From positions 3,069 through 67,068 of the IMG/VR virus record IMGVR_UViG_3300036791_001578: DNA of 64,000 bases. One strand, 5' to 3'. Positions 37,305 to 46,998 of the stretch are shown piece by piece. Positions within the stretch are counted from its first letter, which is position 1. Each line of letters starts with the position of its first letter. Source of the DNA: a virus. The notes under the pieces were generated by a model, which was not told where the DNA came from, did no database searches, and saw nothing but the letters and a program-made list of their open reading frames with translations. The translations under genes and the position numbers were made by a program.

Positions 37305-37661
37305 ATGAGCATCATGTACGGCAAAGAAAGAGTAGTGTTGCGGACAGGCGTACGTCAGCTGGCCGCAGTGTGCGGTTCCAATGGTGAATCCGCGAATTAT
37401 CCCGGCACCGGAAAGCACTCCGGCAATTATTCGCCCCTGGGATACTGGTATCAGGAGGGCGACCTGTACTACGTCGACCTAGCAGCCCCCAGTCAGTTTT
37501 ATTGTGGACTGCGTCCTGACACTGTCGCGTTCCGGCGACGCGGTGGCGTCTCCACTCGCAAAGCGTTGAGAGAATTCATCATGGGCTATTACAAAGCCAC
37601 ATGGCCCGCCAACACTACCGATGCTGAGGCCGATAAGGCGGCAGGTAACGAGCATGTCTAA
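37305..37661 (+). CDS. hypothetical early protein
   Basis: 118 aa, first gene after the promoter. Confidence 0.6.
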   Translation: MSIMYGKERVVLRTGVRQLAAVCGSNGESANYPGTGKHSGNYSPLGYWYQEGDLYYVDLAAPSQFYCGLRPDTVAFRRRGGVSTRKALREFIMGYYKATWPANTTDAEADKAAGNEHV

Positions 37662-38106
37662 TCATCGATTCGCTGATCTGGAAACAGCGCGAGCCTATAC
37701 CCTCGCCGGCAACGCTACGCTGACTCTAGAGAGCCTGAAAACCGGCACGCATTACACTTTTCGTGTTCGTCAGGCCACCGACAAGAAATCCGGCGACCCG
37801 GTTCCCGGCCTCTACTTTGTTAACCTCCTAACCACAGGCAATGCGGACGAGGGTAATTTCGTTTACGTCGGCATCATCCGAGACGGCAAATTCACGCTGA
37901 CCCAAAAAAGCGGCTTTGGCGTCGGCTCTGGGCCGGTCCACGCGTGGGCATTCTTCTGGGCCTGCACCAACGCGATCCCAGAGCAATTAGCTGTGTATCA
38001 TCACGGGACCTGCGGGCGCTGCGGACGCACTCTGACGGTGCCCTCCTCGATCGACGCTGGCATTGGACCCGAATGCCTAACCAAAATGGAAGGAGCGCTG
38101 CTATGA
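37654..38106 (+). CDS. DUF6011-like Zn-binding phage protein
   Basis: AGNATLTL..TGTHYTF..HHGTCGRCGRTLTVPSSIDAGIGPEC. Confidence 0.8.
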   Translation: MSNHRFADLETARAYTLAGNATLTLESLKTGTHYTFRVRQATDKKSGDPVPGLYFVNLLTTGNADEGNFVYVGIIRDGKFTLTQKSGFGVGSGPVHAWAFFWACTNAIPEQLAVYHHGTCGRCGRTLTVPSSIDAGIGPECLTKMEGALL

Positions 38107-38315
38107 AGTTGAAAATAGAAAAGGGCGTCCCGGTCCCGGCCAAGCACGAAAGCTGGGCCAGCATCGTCGAACGAATGGAGATCGGCGATTCAGTTCTGGC
38201 ACCTGATGCCGAGACTATCAAGTGCCTCAAGAGGGCTATCAACCGGGTTGGCTTTTCCAGCCAAACCCAGCGCGAAGACAAGGGCATCCGAATTTGGAAA
38301 CTCAACTCGAAATGA
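38103..38315 (+). CDS. small phage DNA-binding-like protein
   Basis: KIEKGVPVP..MEIGDSV..GIRIW pattern. Confidence 0.7.
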   Translation: MKLKIEKGVPVPAKHESWASIVERMEIGDSVLAPDAETIKCLKRAINRVGFSSQTQREDKGIRIWKLNSK

Positions 38316-38554
38316 AACGTAAATCCCTTCTCAAGTTTGAAGCTTTTTCGGATAAGACCTTTGCCGCGAAAGTTCCGATGTTGGATTGGAACCGGCAGGA
38401 AATTGCCGAAGAGGCTATCCCCATCTTCGTGTTAGCGGCGCTGGACGCGTGGAGCGATATCCTGGCCGAGTACAATTGTGTCGATCAAAAGATTATGCGC
38501 CGGCGCCTACAGCTCAACTTGCGCAGAAGTCTCGAGAAAGAGATTTTGGCATGA
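38312..38554 (+). CDS. hypothetical protein
   Basis: ATGA-coupled, starts MKRKSLLKF. Confidence 0.55.
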   Translation: MKRKSLLKFEAFSDKTFAAKVPMLDWNRQEIAEEAIPIFVLAALDAWSDILAEYNCVDQKIMRRRLQLNLRRSLEKEILA

Positions 38555-38712
38555 AGAGAAAAGCAGGACGGCCACGCGGTCATCGTACCCGCAAGGCCAA
38601 ACCAAGCTGTGCCTGTTACCAACGATCCTTTGGCGGATGATTTGCGCCAGCTTCTGCACTCTGGAATGCAGTTATATAGAAATCTCCGAAAGCTAATAAG
38701 CGAGGAAACTAA

Positions 38713-38892
38713 ATGAACCGAGCCCTAGTAATCGTGGTAGGCGACCAGCTCTACGTTAGCCTCCGAGCCGCCCTCTATCTCGCCGAATCCAAATCGATAG
38801 ATAACCAGTTGGAATTCAGTCAAGAAGTCACGTTGCCCCTCACCAACGCTTTAGAATATCTGCGCCAGATCACCCACATGGGGACCAACTAA
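38713..38892 (+). CDS. 59-aa hypothetical protein (not in ORF track)
   Basis: MNRALVIVVGDQLYVSLRAAL...; GAGG Shine-Dalgarno-like sequence upstream. Confidence 0.5.
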   Translation: MNRALVIVVGDQLYVSLRAALYLAESKSIDNQLEFSQEVTLPLTNALEYLRQITHMGTN

Positions 38893-38894
38893 TT

Positions 38895-38922
38895 ATTGGT
38901 ATCACAAATTTGTGAGACCAAT
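38895..38922. promoter_or_regulatory. 28-bp near-perfect palindrome, putative operator
   Basis: attggt-a-tcacaaa|tttgtga-g-accaat; one mismatched pair, no loop. Confidence 0.6.
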
Positions 38923-39015
38923 TCTCCATCGCCTAAGTTTTGCGTCTAGGTAAGCGTGGAGTGCTGACGTAAACCGAGGGTTCTTGTCTTAGTTTTCCTT
39001 CGGATAACCCACGCA

Positions 39016-39059
39016 GCGGGGCGACAGGTCCTTAACAGCCTGGGCGCTCCGCACTTTTT
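39016..39059 (+). terminator. probable intrinsic terminator
   Basis: gcggggcg...cgctccgc stem followed by acttttt. Confidence 0.5.
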
Positions 39060-39293
39060 ATGAGCCGAGAACGCACCCGTTGCCCCCGCGGTCATTTATT
39101 GTCAGCGGCCAACCGAATTCCCAACGCTCAAGGCAAATACAGTTGGTGCCGGGAATGCCGACGGATGCATCAATGGCTCATCAAACGGGGGATGCGGATT
39201 TCCGATTACACGCCCAGAGAGCTCTTAGTGATCGTGCCGCCCAGGCAGACCAAAGCTCACTCTAAAAGCCGCCCTCGGGCGCCTCGGGCTTGA
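39060..39293 (+). CDS. stand-alone Zn-finger protein of the HNH C-terminal type
   Basis: TRCPRGH..N..CRECRR; similar to the C-terminus of 28160..28573. Confidence 0.5.
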   Translation: MSRERTRCPRGHLLSAANRIPNAQGKYSWCRECRRMHQWLIKRGMRISDYTPRELLVIVPPRQTKAHSKSRPRAPRA

Positions 39294-39612
39294 CTGCCGC
39301 GGCGCCGATCGCGGTCGGCGTCCCTTGCGTCGGAGGTTTCGTCCCTTGTTTCTTGCCGCCGCCTGGCATCGGTTGGGAGACCGCTTCTTGCGGTGGTAAC
39401 GGACCTTGAGCAGGCGTCCCTTCGGGCGGTCCCGTCTCGCGCATATGTTCTGCGGCCAACTCGGTGGTCGTGTCCGGCACCTGTGGCCCTTCGTAGAGAC
39501 CTGGGTGCGGACCGTGGCCAGTGTGATGCAAGAGCGCTTTCTCTAAGTGCTCGTGGAACTCGGGCGGCTGCTTGTCGAATTCGTCCTGATCGCTGTCGCT
39601 AGCTAATATCAT
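39262..39612 (-). CDS. acidic/Pro-rich hypothetical protein
   Basis: 116 aa, ATGA-coupled to the large protein. Confidence 0.55.
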   Translation of the reverse strand: MILASDSDQDEFDKQPPEFHEHLEKALLHHTGHGPHPGLYEGPQVPDTTTELAAEHMRETGPPEGTPAQGPLPPQEAVSQPMPGGGKKQGTKPPTQGTPTAIGAAAVKPEAPEGGF

Positions 39613-42600
39613 AGAGCTTCTTCTTTCACTTTGCGCACCAAGTCATGCGCGGCATCAAGATAGTCATGCGAAGTTTCCTTCGCTCCGGTCGCACCCTGAA
39701 ACAGCCGTTGTTCTAAAAACCAAAGCAGGGCTTGGCGGTCGGCGTTGGTGATATTGATTCCGGCCTTCTGCATATTGCCACGCACCTCATCCATGACCTT
39801 AATCCAGTTGGCCCGTTCGGTGCCATTACGCGGATCGCCTTGCAGAGCCTTGAAGTTTTCGTCGATGTTTTTCGCATTGAGATTCTCGGCGGTCGCTCGG
39901 TCGGGATGATAACTGCGTTTGGTGCTGTCTGGATTAACAATCGTCTCAGCGTAGAATTTGTGCTGCCGCTGCGCCCAGTCCCGAATGGTCGGCATCAACT
40001 GGTCAGCTTTCTCACGGGTCAGGTTTTTAACCGCCATCACCCGGTCGATTTCCTTAGTCATCTTGCCTTGAGTTTTCGCGTCGACGTTAGTGAGTTGTCC
40101 TGACTTTAAGAGCTCGCGCAAACTCTGGAGCTGCCCAGGATCCTTCTCACTTTGCCGCTGCATCGAGTCGGGCGAGAACCCGAACATGTTGCCGGCTAAG
40201 CGGTTCATCGTGCGGCTGAACCACAGATCCATCGTGATCGGATCTTCATTGCCCGAAAGGTTCTGGTGAAAAATACCGATCTTGGGTCCGAACACCGCGC
40301 TCATCGGTAACTCGGCATCAGCTAAAGTGCTTCCAACCTTGATCCTGTAGTTCTTAGCAAGGTCGCCATGGCGGATGGTTTGACCCAGCCAATTGTCGAA
40401 ATCTTCGGCACTGCCATGTTGGTTCCAGAGCCGATTGGCTTTCGCGAAATTAAAGAGCATCTGCGGTGCTTTGATGCCGCCGCCGAAAATCTCTTTTGCT
40501 TTATCGGTCGGAAAAGTGCCGTGCTCTTTCCAATACTGATAAACTTTCCAGGCGCTGCCGGCATTAGCGAAAACGTCCTGGCCTTGGCTAGTAACTGCTA
40601 ACGCTATGCGGAACGCTAGATTAGAGGCTTTATCAGTTTTCAGTTCCGGCGCGATCTCACTGAATTTATCAAAGGCTTTGCGGACGGTCTCGCCGTACCA
40701 GCCAAGCGCACTGGAGTTATTCGAGAGCGCGTGCATGACGTCGTGAGTCAACGCCTTTGCTGCCTTGGAGCGATCTTCAGCTTTGTCGTAGTCGAGCTTC
40801 GGATTGCGAGCGTCAAAGAATTCGCCGACGTGCTCATTTTTTTCCACGCTCTCGGGCAGCGTTTCATGTTTATCCAGGAAATGATGAGCACTTAACTCTT
40901 CGGTCTCTGGATTGTTTTTGACCCAATCTTTCGCCTTCTGCCCCTCTCTTTGGAGCATGCGCTGGCGTTCAAGCGGTACGTCTTCTCGGTGCGCCTTAGC
41001 CGACTTAATCGCTAGGGCTCGCTGCTGATTCTTTAGCTCCTGAGTCTGAGCTAGCTTTTGGTAGTTTTCTTCGGCTTCGCGTGCGAAGGAGTCCCACCAA
41101 GGTGCTTGGTTGCCCCTAGCTCGGTCGTCTTCTCCTTCGGCCCCGCCGGGACGTGCTTGATCCCAGCGGCTTTTAGCCTCTCGTAAAATTCCGCGGTACG
41201 CTTGCGCCGCTGCGGCTCTGGATTCGCCATTTTGGTCTCCGATTAATTCTCCGGTGCCTTCATGGTGCCACGCTTCTTGGACGTGCCCTTTTTTGATGAG
41301 GCCCTCGATTACAGGTAATAGTTTACCATCCTCGCTCAAATCTGCAACATGTGCATGCACGGGCCTGCCTTTGCTAGCGGGATACAAGGTCCGTACTCCA
41401 ATACCTGCCTTAGTTAATAGGTCTCGCGCCTCTTCTTCATTGTCTGTGTTGAGCGCTAGCCGGTACAGGCTGTGAGGCCCTTCGTCGTGATGCCGGAAAA
41501 GCAGGGCCTGTTTCTGAGCCGCATGATGTGCCTTTATCGCAGCGGCCACACGCCGGTCTTCGTAGTCGTGACCCTGGCTTTCGGTAGCCAACGTGTTCTC
41601 GGCGCCATCGTTCCAGTCGCCAATGGTATCTTCCTGCGAGGCTGGCTGAACTCCTTTGGCTTGAGCTAAACCGTTTTCTACTCTGGAACTAAAATCACGA
41701 AACTGAGAATGGGCTGGCCGATTCAGCGCTCGTTTTGCGCCGGCGTAAGTCTGCTCCTCTTTAACGCTGGGAGAGATTGCTTCAAAGGTTTGCTGCGGTG
41801 CCGGCGCGGCTCCCTCATCGGAAGCGGATTGCTCGAGTAGTCCTGGTCCTCCCGCCGGATTGACGTCGCCTGCCGGTCCGCCGACTTCTGGATTCTCACT
41901 GATCGGCGCCGGTCGGCCTGGTTCGTACATGGCTAGCGTCTGCCGGAAGTGCGGCACCGTGTGAATCAACTGAGACTGCACTGGGCCGCGCATTGACTCT
42001 GTTCCAATGTTCGGCATGCCGTGTCGGATCAGCTCGAGCCGGTAAGCACGCCAGGTTGGTTCGAGCGTGCCCGCACTCCAAGGAACGGTCCGCGTGATAT
42101 TGCCTTTCTTGCCTCTGATTCCGACTTCAGGAAGTTTCTGGTCCAGCTGGTTTAAAAGCCCGTTGTAGCCTGCTGGCTGGCCCGTATAGCCTTCATTGAT
42201 GCGTCTCTGCCAGGATGCACGCTCTCCAAATCCCGGTGGCTGCAAGGGGCCTTTAGGATTCTTTGGTGGCCTGATATTGAGCATCGCATGGAGGAATTCC
42301 GCTTGCGGTCTCTGCAAGAGATTTGGTATGTAGGGATTTTGGCTTTTTGCGTTAGCGACATGCAAGGGATGCGGATTGCCGTTTTCGTCCAACATTGGCG
42401 AACCGTCCCCTTTAAAACCATGAACTTGGTTTTCCAGAAAGCCCATCAGGTCGCGCTGGAAATTGAAATCCTTCGGATTGTTGTAGGGGACCGGAATCTT
42501 GGCTTGGCCTGCACCATTCATGAGATGCTGGGCGTTGTTCATCACCGCGTCACTGCCCAGGCCTTCGAGTAAAACATTGGAGGGCTTGTCCACCTTCGGC

Positions 42601-43715
42601 ATGGTTGCCATCATCTGCATAGGCAACATCGTGACGCGCTGATCTTGGGTCTGGTGTTCGCCGGAGATGCGTTGCGCAGCAGGGGATTGACCGATCTCGT
42701 AAGCTCGGCTTTCGCCGGTCGGTCTCTCCCCTTCATTCTCCGCTGGCCCTCCTTCTTGCTGAGCGCTCCCGTACATGTACGAGAATGGTCCGCCGCGCAG
42801 AATCGCCTGTGATAGCCATGGCAGCTTCGCCCGCTCTGCCGGATCCAGATTTTGCAAGAGGTCCTCATGCAACGGATCTCCCGGCACGAAGTAAGAGCCT
42901 ACGATTTTATTGGATCCGGTGTCTGGATTGATCCGCCTTGTGACCCTCTGATCGGTCGGCACGAGGTTCGCGGAATGGTTATCGAGGTTCAGGCCAAGGG
43001 TTTTGTCGTAGATGGCCGCGGCGCGTTTATTCTCGTCATCAATGTTCTGAACATCAGGATCCTGCTGGGCCTGCGCCTGATTGGCATCCATCTGATCCTG
43101 AGTGATCGGATGCTCTGTGGCCTGCGCCGCTTGAGGTAATCCTTGAGGTCCTACTCCTTGAGGCCCTGCTTGCGGTGCTGCTTGGGGTTCCTCTGGCGCA
43201 GGCGCGACTTGAGCCGCGGCAGGTGTTTTTAAGGTCGACCCGGCAGGCGGTTCGGGAACAGCTGAGAGTTTCGAACCGGCGGGAGGTTCCTGGTAAGAGC
43301 TGGCATGTTCGCCAGGTTGGTAGCCCTGGATGTGGGACTGGGTATAGGCGATATGCTGCTGGATCGTGTCCTGGCTGACTCCTTTATCTGCCGGATGATC
43401 GGGATCATAGACATCGATTGTCTCGCTTGTCGCGCTCTCCGGCCTGTCGTCGTAGCGATAGGTATGCCCGTTAAAGAGATCCTCGTCCGGTTTGTCCGGC
43501 CCCTTGTACGTAAATTCCTCACCGGGACTCACTCCTATCTCTCCGGCTTTCTTGGGACTCAAGGCTACCGAATAGTGCTTAACTAAACTGCCGGGTTGTT
43601 CGACGTGTTTAAACGCGCCGACTCCACGTCCACTGGCACTGTCCCAGCTTGAATCTCCTGGGTAGCCATAGACCGATGGGCATAAAATGGCCTTGAGTAT
43701 TCGCAACCAGTCCAC
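39609..43715 (-). CDS. large multidomain putative internal virion (ejection) protein
   Basis: 1368 aa; N-terminal 3D/DPBB-like segment (VALSP..YDD..IDVY); C-terminal ALGWY..AVTS..FGPKI..F..N..ITMDLW..QALLW domain. Confidence 0.65.
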   Translation of the reverse strand: MDWLRILKAILCPSVYGYPGDSSWDSASGRGVGAFKHVEQPGSLVKHYSVALSPKKAGEIGVSPGEEFTYKGPDKPDEDLFNGHTYRYDDRPESATSETIDVYDPDHPADKGVSQDTIQQHIAYTQSHIQGYQPGEHASSYQEPPAGSKLSAVPEPPAGSTLKTPAAAQVAPAPEEPQAAPQAGPQGVGPQGLPQAAQATEHPITQDQMDANQAQAQQDPDVQNIDDENKRAAAIYDKTLGLNLDNHSANLVPTDQRVTRRINPDTGSNKIVGSYFVPGDPLHEDLLQNLDPAERAKLPWLSQAILRGGPFSYMYGSAQQEGGPAENEGERPTGESRAYEIGQSPAAQRISGEHQTQDQRVTMLPMQMMATMPKVDKPSNVLLEGLGSDAVMNNAQHLMNGAGQAKIPVPYNNPKDFNFQRDLMGFLENQVHGFKGDGSPMLDENGNPHPLHVANAKSQNPYIPNLLQRPQAEFLHAMLNIRPPKNPKGPLQPPGFGERASWQRRINEGYTGQPAGYNGLLNQLDQKLPEVGIRGKKGNITRTVPWSAGTLEPTWRAYRLELIRHGMPNIGTESMRGPVQSQLIHTVPHFRQTLAMYEPGRPAPISENPEVGGPAGDVNPAGGPGLLEQSASDEGAAPAPQQTFEAISPSVKEEQTYAGAKRALNRPAHSQFRDFSSRVENGLAQAKGVQPASQEDTIGDWNDGAENTLATESQGHDYEDRRVAAAIKAHHAAQKQALLFRHHDEGPHSLYRLALNTDNEEEARDLLTKAGIGVRTLYPASKGRPVHAHVADLSEDGKLLPVIEGLIKKGHVQEAWHHEGTGELIGDQNGESRAAAAQAYRGILREAKSRWDQARPGGAEGEDDRARGNQAPWWDSFAREAEENYQKLAQTQELKNQQRALAIKSAKAHREDVPLERQRMLQREGQKAKDWVKNNPETEELSAHHFLDKHETLPESVEKNEHVGEFFDARNPKLDYDKAEDRSKAAKALTHDVMHALSNNSSALGWYGETVRKAFDKFSEIAPELKTDKASNLAFRIALAVTSQGQDVFANAGSAWKVYQYWKEHGTFPTDKAKEIFGGGIKAPQMLFNFAKANRLWNQHGSAEDFDNWLGQTIRHGDLAKNYRIKVGSTLADAELPMSAVFGPKIGIFHQNLSGNEDPITMDLWFSRTMNRLAGNMFGFSPDSMQRQSEKDPGQLQSLRELLKSGQLTNVDAKTQGKMTKEIDRVMAVKNLTREKADQLMPTIRDWAQRQHKFYAETIVNPDSTKRSYHPDRATAENLNAKNIDENFKALQGDPRNGTERANWIKVMDEVRGNMQKAGINITNADRQALLWFLEQRLFQGATGAKETSHDYLDAAHDLVRKVKEEAL

Positions 43716-44254
43716 GGCTCACGAGACTAACTTGACAGCCGCCCTCAAGAAAGAATAAATCTCGGGCGATCCTCTGAGGGCTGGTCCGCGACAAAAACAA
43801 ACTCGGAGTCAACACTTCCGGCGGCCAACCTCAGAGGATTGTTTTTTTGAAACCGAGCGGCATTTTTTCGGAAGCTCCGAAAACACATCACGCGAGCCCT
43901 GCACTTTGGGCTAAAGCCACTAGCTGTTGCTAAGGATGAAAGGCGAGCTCTTTAACTAACGTCTCACACGTATGTTTACACTCTCTTTTGATAACGCCTT
44001 GTCAGGCGTAATATATGTCTGAATTTTTTGTGTCAACTATTAAATTGTAACATTTTGAACACTGTTTTGTTGTTCACAAAAACGCGAAGTTACTCGCAGG
44101 TTATTCGCAAATCCCTTTAAGGCTGGCTCGGTCCGTAGATGTCGTGAGTTGCAGGATCTAGCGGACACACTATGTGCTTAAATCCGGCATTGACCGGCCA
44201 GGAGAGTTCAATCGGACAGGCTTGAAAATCGCCGTATAACCATTCCATATCGTT

Positions 44255-45022
44255 TTATTCTTTGGTGTACTGCTTGCCATTAGGCACCCAGATAAAATCG
44301 CTTCCGCTCGGAAGTCTTTGCCACTCTTCCTCGCTTCTGATTCTCGGCATGGGAGCGCTACTTGGAGCCTTTGGAGCGTTACTTGGAGTTTGAGCCCGTT
44401 CAGTTGGAGCCTCGGGCGCTTCAGCTGGAGAACCTATCGGTGCAGCCGGGATTCTTCTGCCCGCAGCCCGCACGCGCACTCGTGGTTTTGCTAGCCCTGC
44501 ATCGGAGGGCTTCCATCCCGGCGGCGCACCCACAACCTGAGTGTAAGGAGTTGCCCCTCCTTCAATTGGCGCAGAAGGGCTCGATATCGGTGCCCTTGGT
44601 ACAAACGAACGCAGATTGATATTCGGACGGGTTTGAGCAGCCGCGGCGCCGGAACCGGCTTGCTGTTGTGGGACAAAGGATCTAAGAAGCGAAGGACGCA
44701 TCCCGGCACCACCTCCGATCGGAGTCGGCATCGGTGCTGTTGGCGTTGGGCCTGGACCCGGCCCTGGCACCGGCGTCGGCCCTCGCCGCACGATAGGACT
44801 GGCGTTTCTCGGACCGCCGGGAACAGCAACCGGCGCCATGTTCCTACTTTGGGCGTGACCTTGCAGCGCCAGGCGCATCATGTTGCCGACGTCGTCTTCC
44901 TTCATTCCAGAGAGAAGGTCGGTCGCGTACTTTTTGCCCAGACCCATTCCGACCAGTCCCGATAGGACCGCATCGTGGCTCTTACTCCACCCTTCAGGCA
45001 GCGTTGGCTTTTTCGTCGCCAT
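44255..45022 (-). CDS. Pro-rich putative virion protein
   Basis: RuvA-C/UBA-like N-terminal helices; C-terminal PRIRSEEEWQRLPSGSDFIW.PNG motif; ATG 45022 preferred as start. Confidence 0.6.
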   Translation of the reverse strand: MATKKPTLPEGWSKSHDAVLSGLVGMGLGKKYATDLLSGMKEDDVGNMMRLALQGHAQSRNMAPVAVPGGPRNASPIVRRGPTPVPGPGPGPTPTAPMPTPIGGGAGMRPSLLRSFVPQQQAGSGAAAAQTRPNINLRSFVPRAPISSPSAPIEGGATPYTQVVGAPPGWKPSDAGLAKPRVRVRAAGRRIPAAPIGSPAEAPEAPTERAQTPSNAPKAPSSAPMPRIRSEEEWQRLPSGSDFIWVPNGKQYTKE

Positions 45023-45665
45023 TGAACAGCACTTGGTAGGCTTTTTTCTTGGCTGCGTCGAGGGCCTCAATCGCTTTGGGACCCTCCTTCACCGCCATAT
45101 CGTATAAAAACGGTAACCCACTTTCAATCGATTCCTCAATCTCGTGCCGCAGCGCCGGTCGGCCTTGCGCCCACATGGAGATCTCGAGCGGTTCGCCCAT
45201 TCGGAAAATAGGTCCCGTCTGAGTCTGCCAGATTTCGTACGATTCAGTTATCCAAATGATGGCGCAGCCTGGATTACGCCTGATCATTTCCCCACCTGGG
45301 GGCGTCGCGTCGTCGGTTCTGTAAGCTCTGGGGTTGCGCTTCTGGTTTGGGTTCACCAAAAAGGGACAAGCTTGCACCGCGAATTCCGCGCACTCTCTGT
45401 GTTCGGGCGGTTCACCGCTAGTCCGGTTAATCACGCACATCGGTCCGACCGTGAAAGCCAGATACTTGCCGAACGGTTCTCCGCAAATGAAGCAGCGTCT
45501 CTCTTTAACGGCTGCGATCAGTTTCCGCGCATCGGTCAGCCGGAAGTCCGGTTCACCGGTATCGTCATAGCCGACAAACCAGGGAATCACATAGCCGCGC
45601 TTGTCGAGCGGCAATTTTGCGATGCGTTTCGGAATCGGAACTTTAATCTGAGTTGCGATACTCAT
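44994..45665 (-). CDS. Cys/His metal-binding hypothetical protein
   Basis: GYVIPWF..RCFICG..GPMC..EPPEHRECA..ACPFL. Confidence 0.7.
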   Translation of the reverse strand: MSIATQIKVPIPKRIAKLPLDKRGYVIPWFVGYDDTGEPDFRLTDARKLIAAVKERRCFICGEPFGKYLAFTVGPMCVINRTSGEPPEHRECAEFAVQACPFLVNPNQKRNPRAYRTDDATPPGGEMIRRNPGCAIIWITESYEIWQTQTGPIFRMGEPLEISMWAQGRPALRHEIEESIESGLPFLYDMAVKEGPKAIEALDAAKKKAYQVLFNGDEKANAA

Positions 45666-45721
45666 AAAATTTGTCAATCTTTCGCGAGCCGGGCCGCACT
45701 TCAACCAATTTACCGGTGGCT

Positions 45722-46195
45722 TTATCGATCCGGTATTTTTTGCCTTTCATTGAGATAGTCCTTCAGCCATTCGATTCCTTCTTGGTGCCTCTTGAGTGCC
45801 TCTTGAAGCGTGCAGTCCCGCTCCTGCCAAAGGCTGGGCCGCATCATCCTCGTCGTTCCGTCGAACCATTCGCTTTCCTCCGGTGGGCCGAAAACCATGG
45901 TTTTAAACACAATTGGTCTTGCGGGATCATGCAGGCCATAACAGATGTCTAGACCCTCAAAAATGGTGGATACCTTGTGATCCTCGAAATAATCCTGCTG
46001 GATCACGCGCTGTGGGTTTCGCTCGAACCAGAAAGTCCATTCTAACAGACTAGCGGGAATGACCTCGCCTGATTCGTTGAGAATCCAATGGTGCGCTCCG
46101 TACTTCTCCATTTGCTCATCGGAGAATCTTTTGAGCTCATCCAGAGCTTTGGTCTTGTCGTCCGGTTCTTCAGGGCGATTGATTCGGTCCTTCAT
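45722..46195 (-). CDS. hypothetical protein
   Basis: VSTIFEGLD..FKTMVFG..EALKRH pattern. Confidence 0.65.
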   Translation of the reverse strand: MKDRINRPEEPDDKTKALDELKRFSDEQMEKYGAHHWILNESGEVIPASLLEWTFWFERNPQRVIQQDYFEDHKVSTIFEGLDICYGLHDPARPIVFKTMVFGPPEESEWFDGTTRMMRPSLWQERDCTLQEALKRHQEGIEWLKDYLNERQKIPDR

Positions 46196-46566
46196 AACAC
46201 CATTCCAGCATACGGAATCGCAACCTCGTCGTCTGAATAACCACGGGACAATTTTTCGTTGTTAGGCTCAATGGATTCTCCTCGTTTTCGCAAACACCGG
46301 ATTTTGCGCGGGATATAACCGACCGAGACCGCACTCTGGATGCCCGCCTGCACGTCAGCCAGAGCGTCTTGCCCGTTCTGGTTCGGGCTGAACTCCGCGA
46401 CCGCCATGCCCTTACCATCCTGAATATTCCAAGTCCTAATTATCCCGATCCGGTTATCCCAGTTATGGTTCCAAAGTAACGGCACAACCCCGCGCTCGAG
46501 CCGGTCAGTCATCATGGCGCCCGGATCATGCGATAAGACCTCTTTAAATCCTTGGCGGCTAGCCAC
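46192..46566 (-). CDS. HK97-type prohead protease-like domain, short and possibly degenerate
   Basis: EVLSHD..RL..PLLWNH..IG..FS..VSVGY, with candidate catalytic His and Ser present. Confidence 0.65.
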   Translation of the reverse strand: MASRQGFKEVLSHDPGAMMTDRLERGVVPLLWNHNWDNRIGIIRTWNIQDGKGMAVAEFSPNQNGQDALADVQAGIQSAVSVGYIPRKIRCLRKRGESIEPNNEKLSRGYSDDEVAIPYAGMVL

Positions 46567-46645
46567 GCGATCTGAGCTCGGCGCTTGTCAGTTGAGCTGC
46601 CAAACTTCCAGTGTTGGTTGTACCACTCTTCGAATGTCATAGCAG

Positions 46646-46679
46646 AAAAGCCCGAGGGGGTTTCAGGCCTCGGGCTTTT
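46646..46679. terminator. bidirectional intrinsic terminator
   Basis: aaaagcccgagg/cctcgggctttt. Confidence 0.75.
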
Positions 46680-46707
46680 TCACTTTCTCAAGAGTTTGAG
46701 TTTGATT

Positions 46708-46998
46708 TTAGGAGACTTCGAAGCGCATCGCTTCCTCAATGCGCTCTTGAGCTGCCTGATCGGCAGCTTTCTTTTCCACGAGCCCTGGCAGCATTATCAC
46801 CTTCTTGTCGGAGCGCTTAGGACGTGCTGGCACAGTTTCGGCCAACATCAATTCTTGCAGAGGCGGCGAGTATCTGGAAATAACTTCCGCACTCTCGATG
46901 CTGATCTGGCCCTCTTGAAGCGCCTGATCAACTGCCGGAATCGCTTGGAGTAGTATACGCTTAAGCCGTGCCGCGGTTCTCTTTGAATTAGCTTTCAT
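46708..46998 (-). CDS. small protein resembling the ParB/Spo0J helical region
   Basis: IPAVDQALQEGQISIESAEVISR..Q. Confidence 0.45.
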   Translation of the reverse strand: MKANSKRTAARLKRILLQAIPAVDQALQEGQISIESAEVISRYSPPLQELMLAETVPARPKRSDKKVIMLPGLVEKKAADQAAQERIEEAMRFEVS

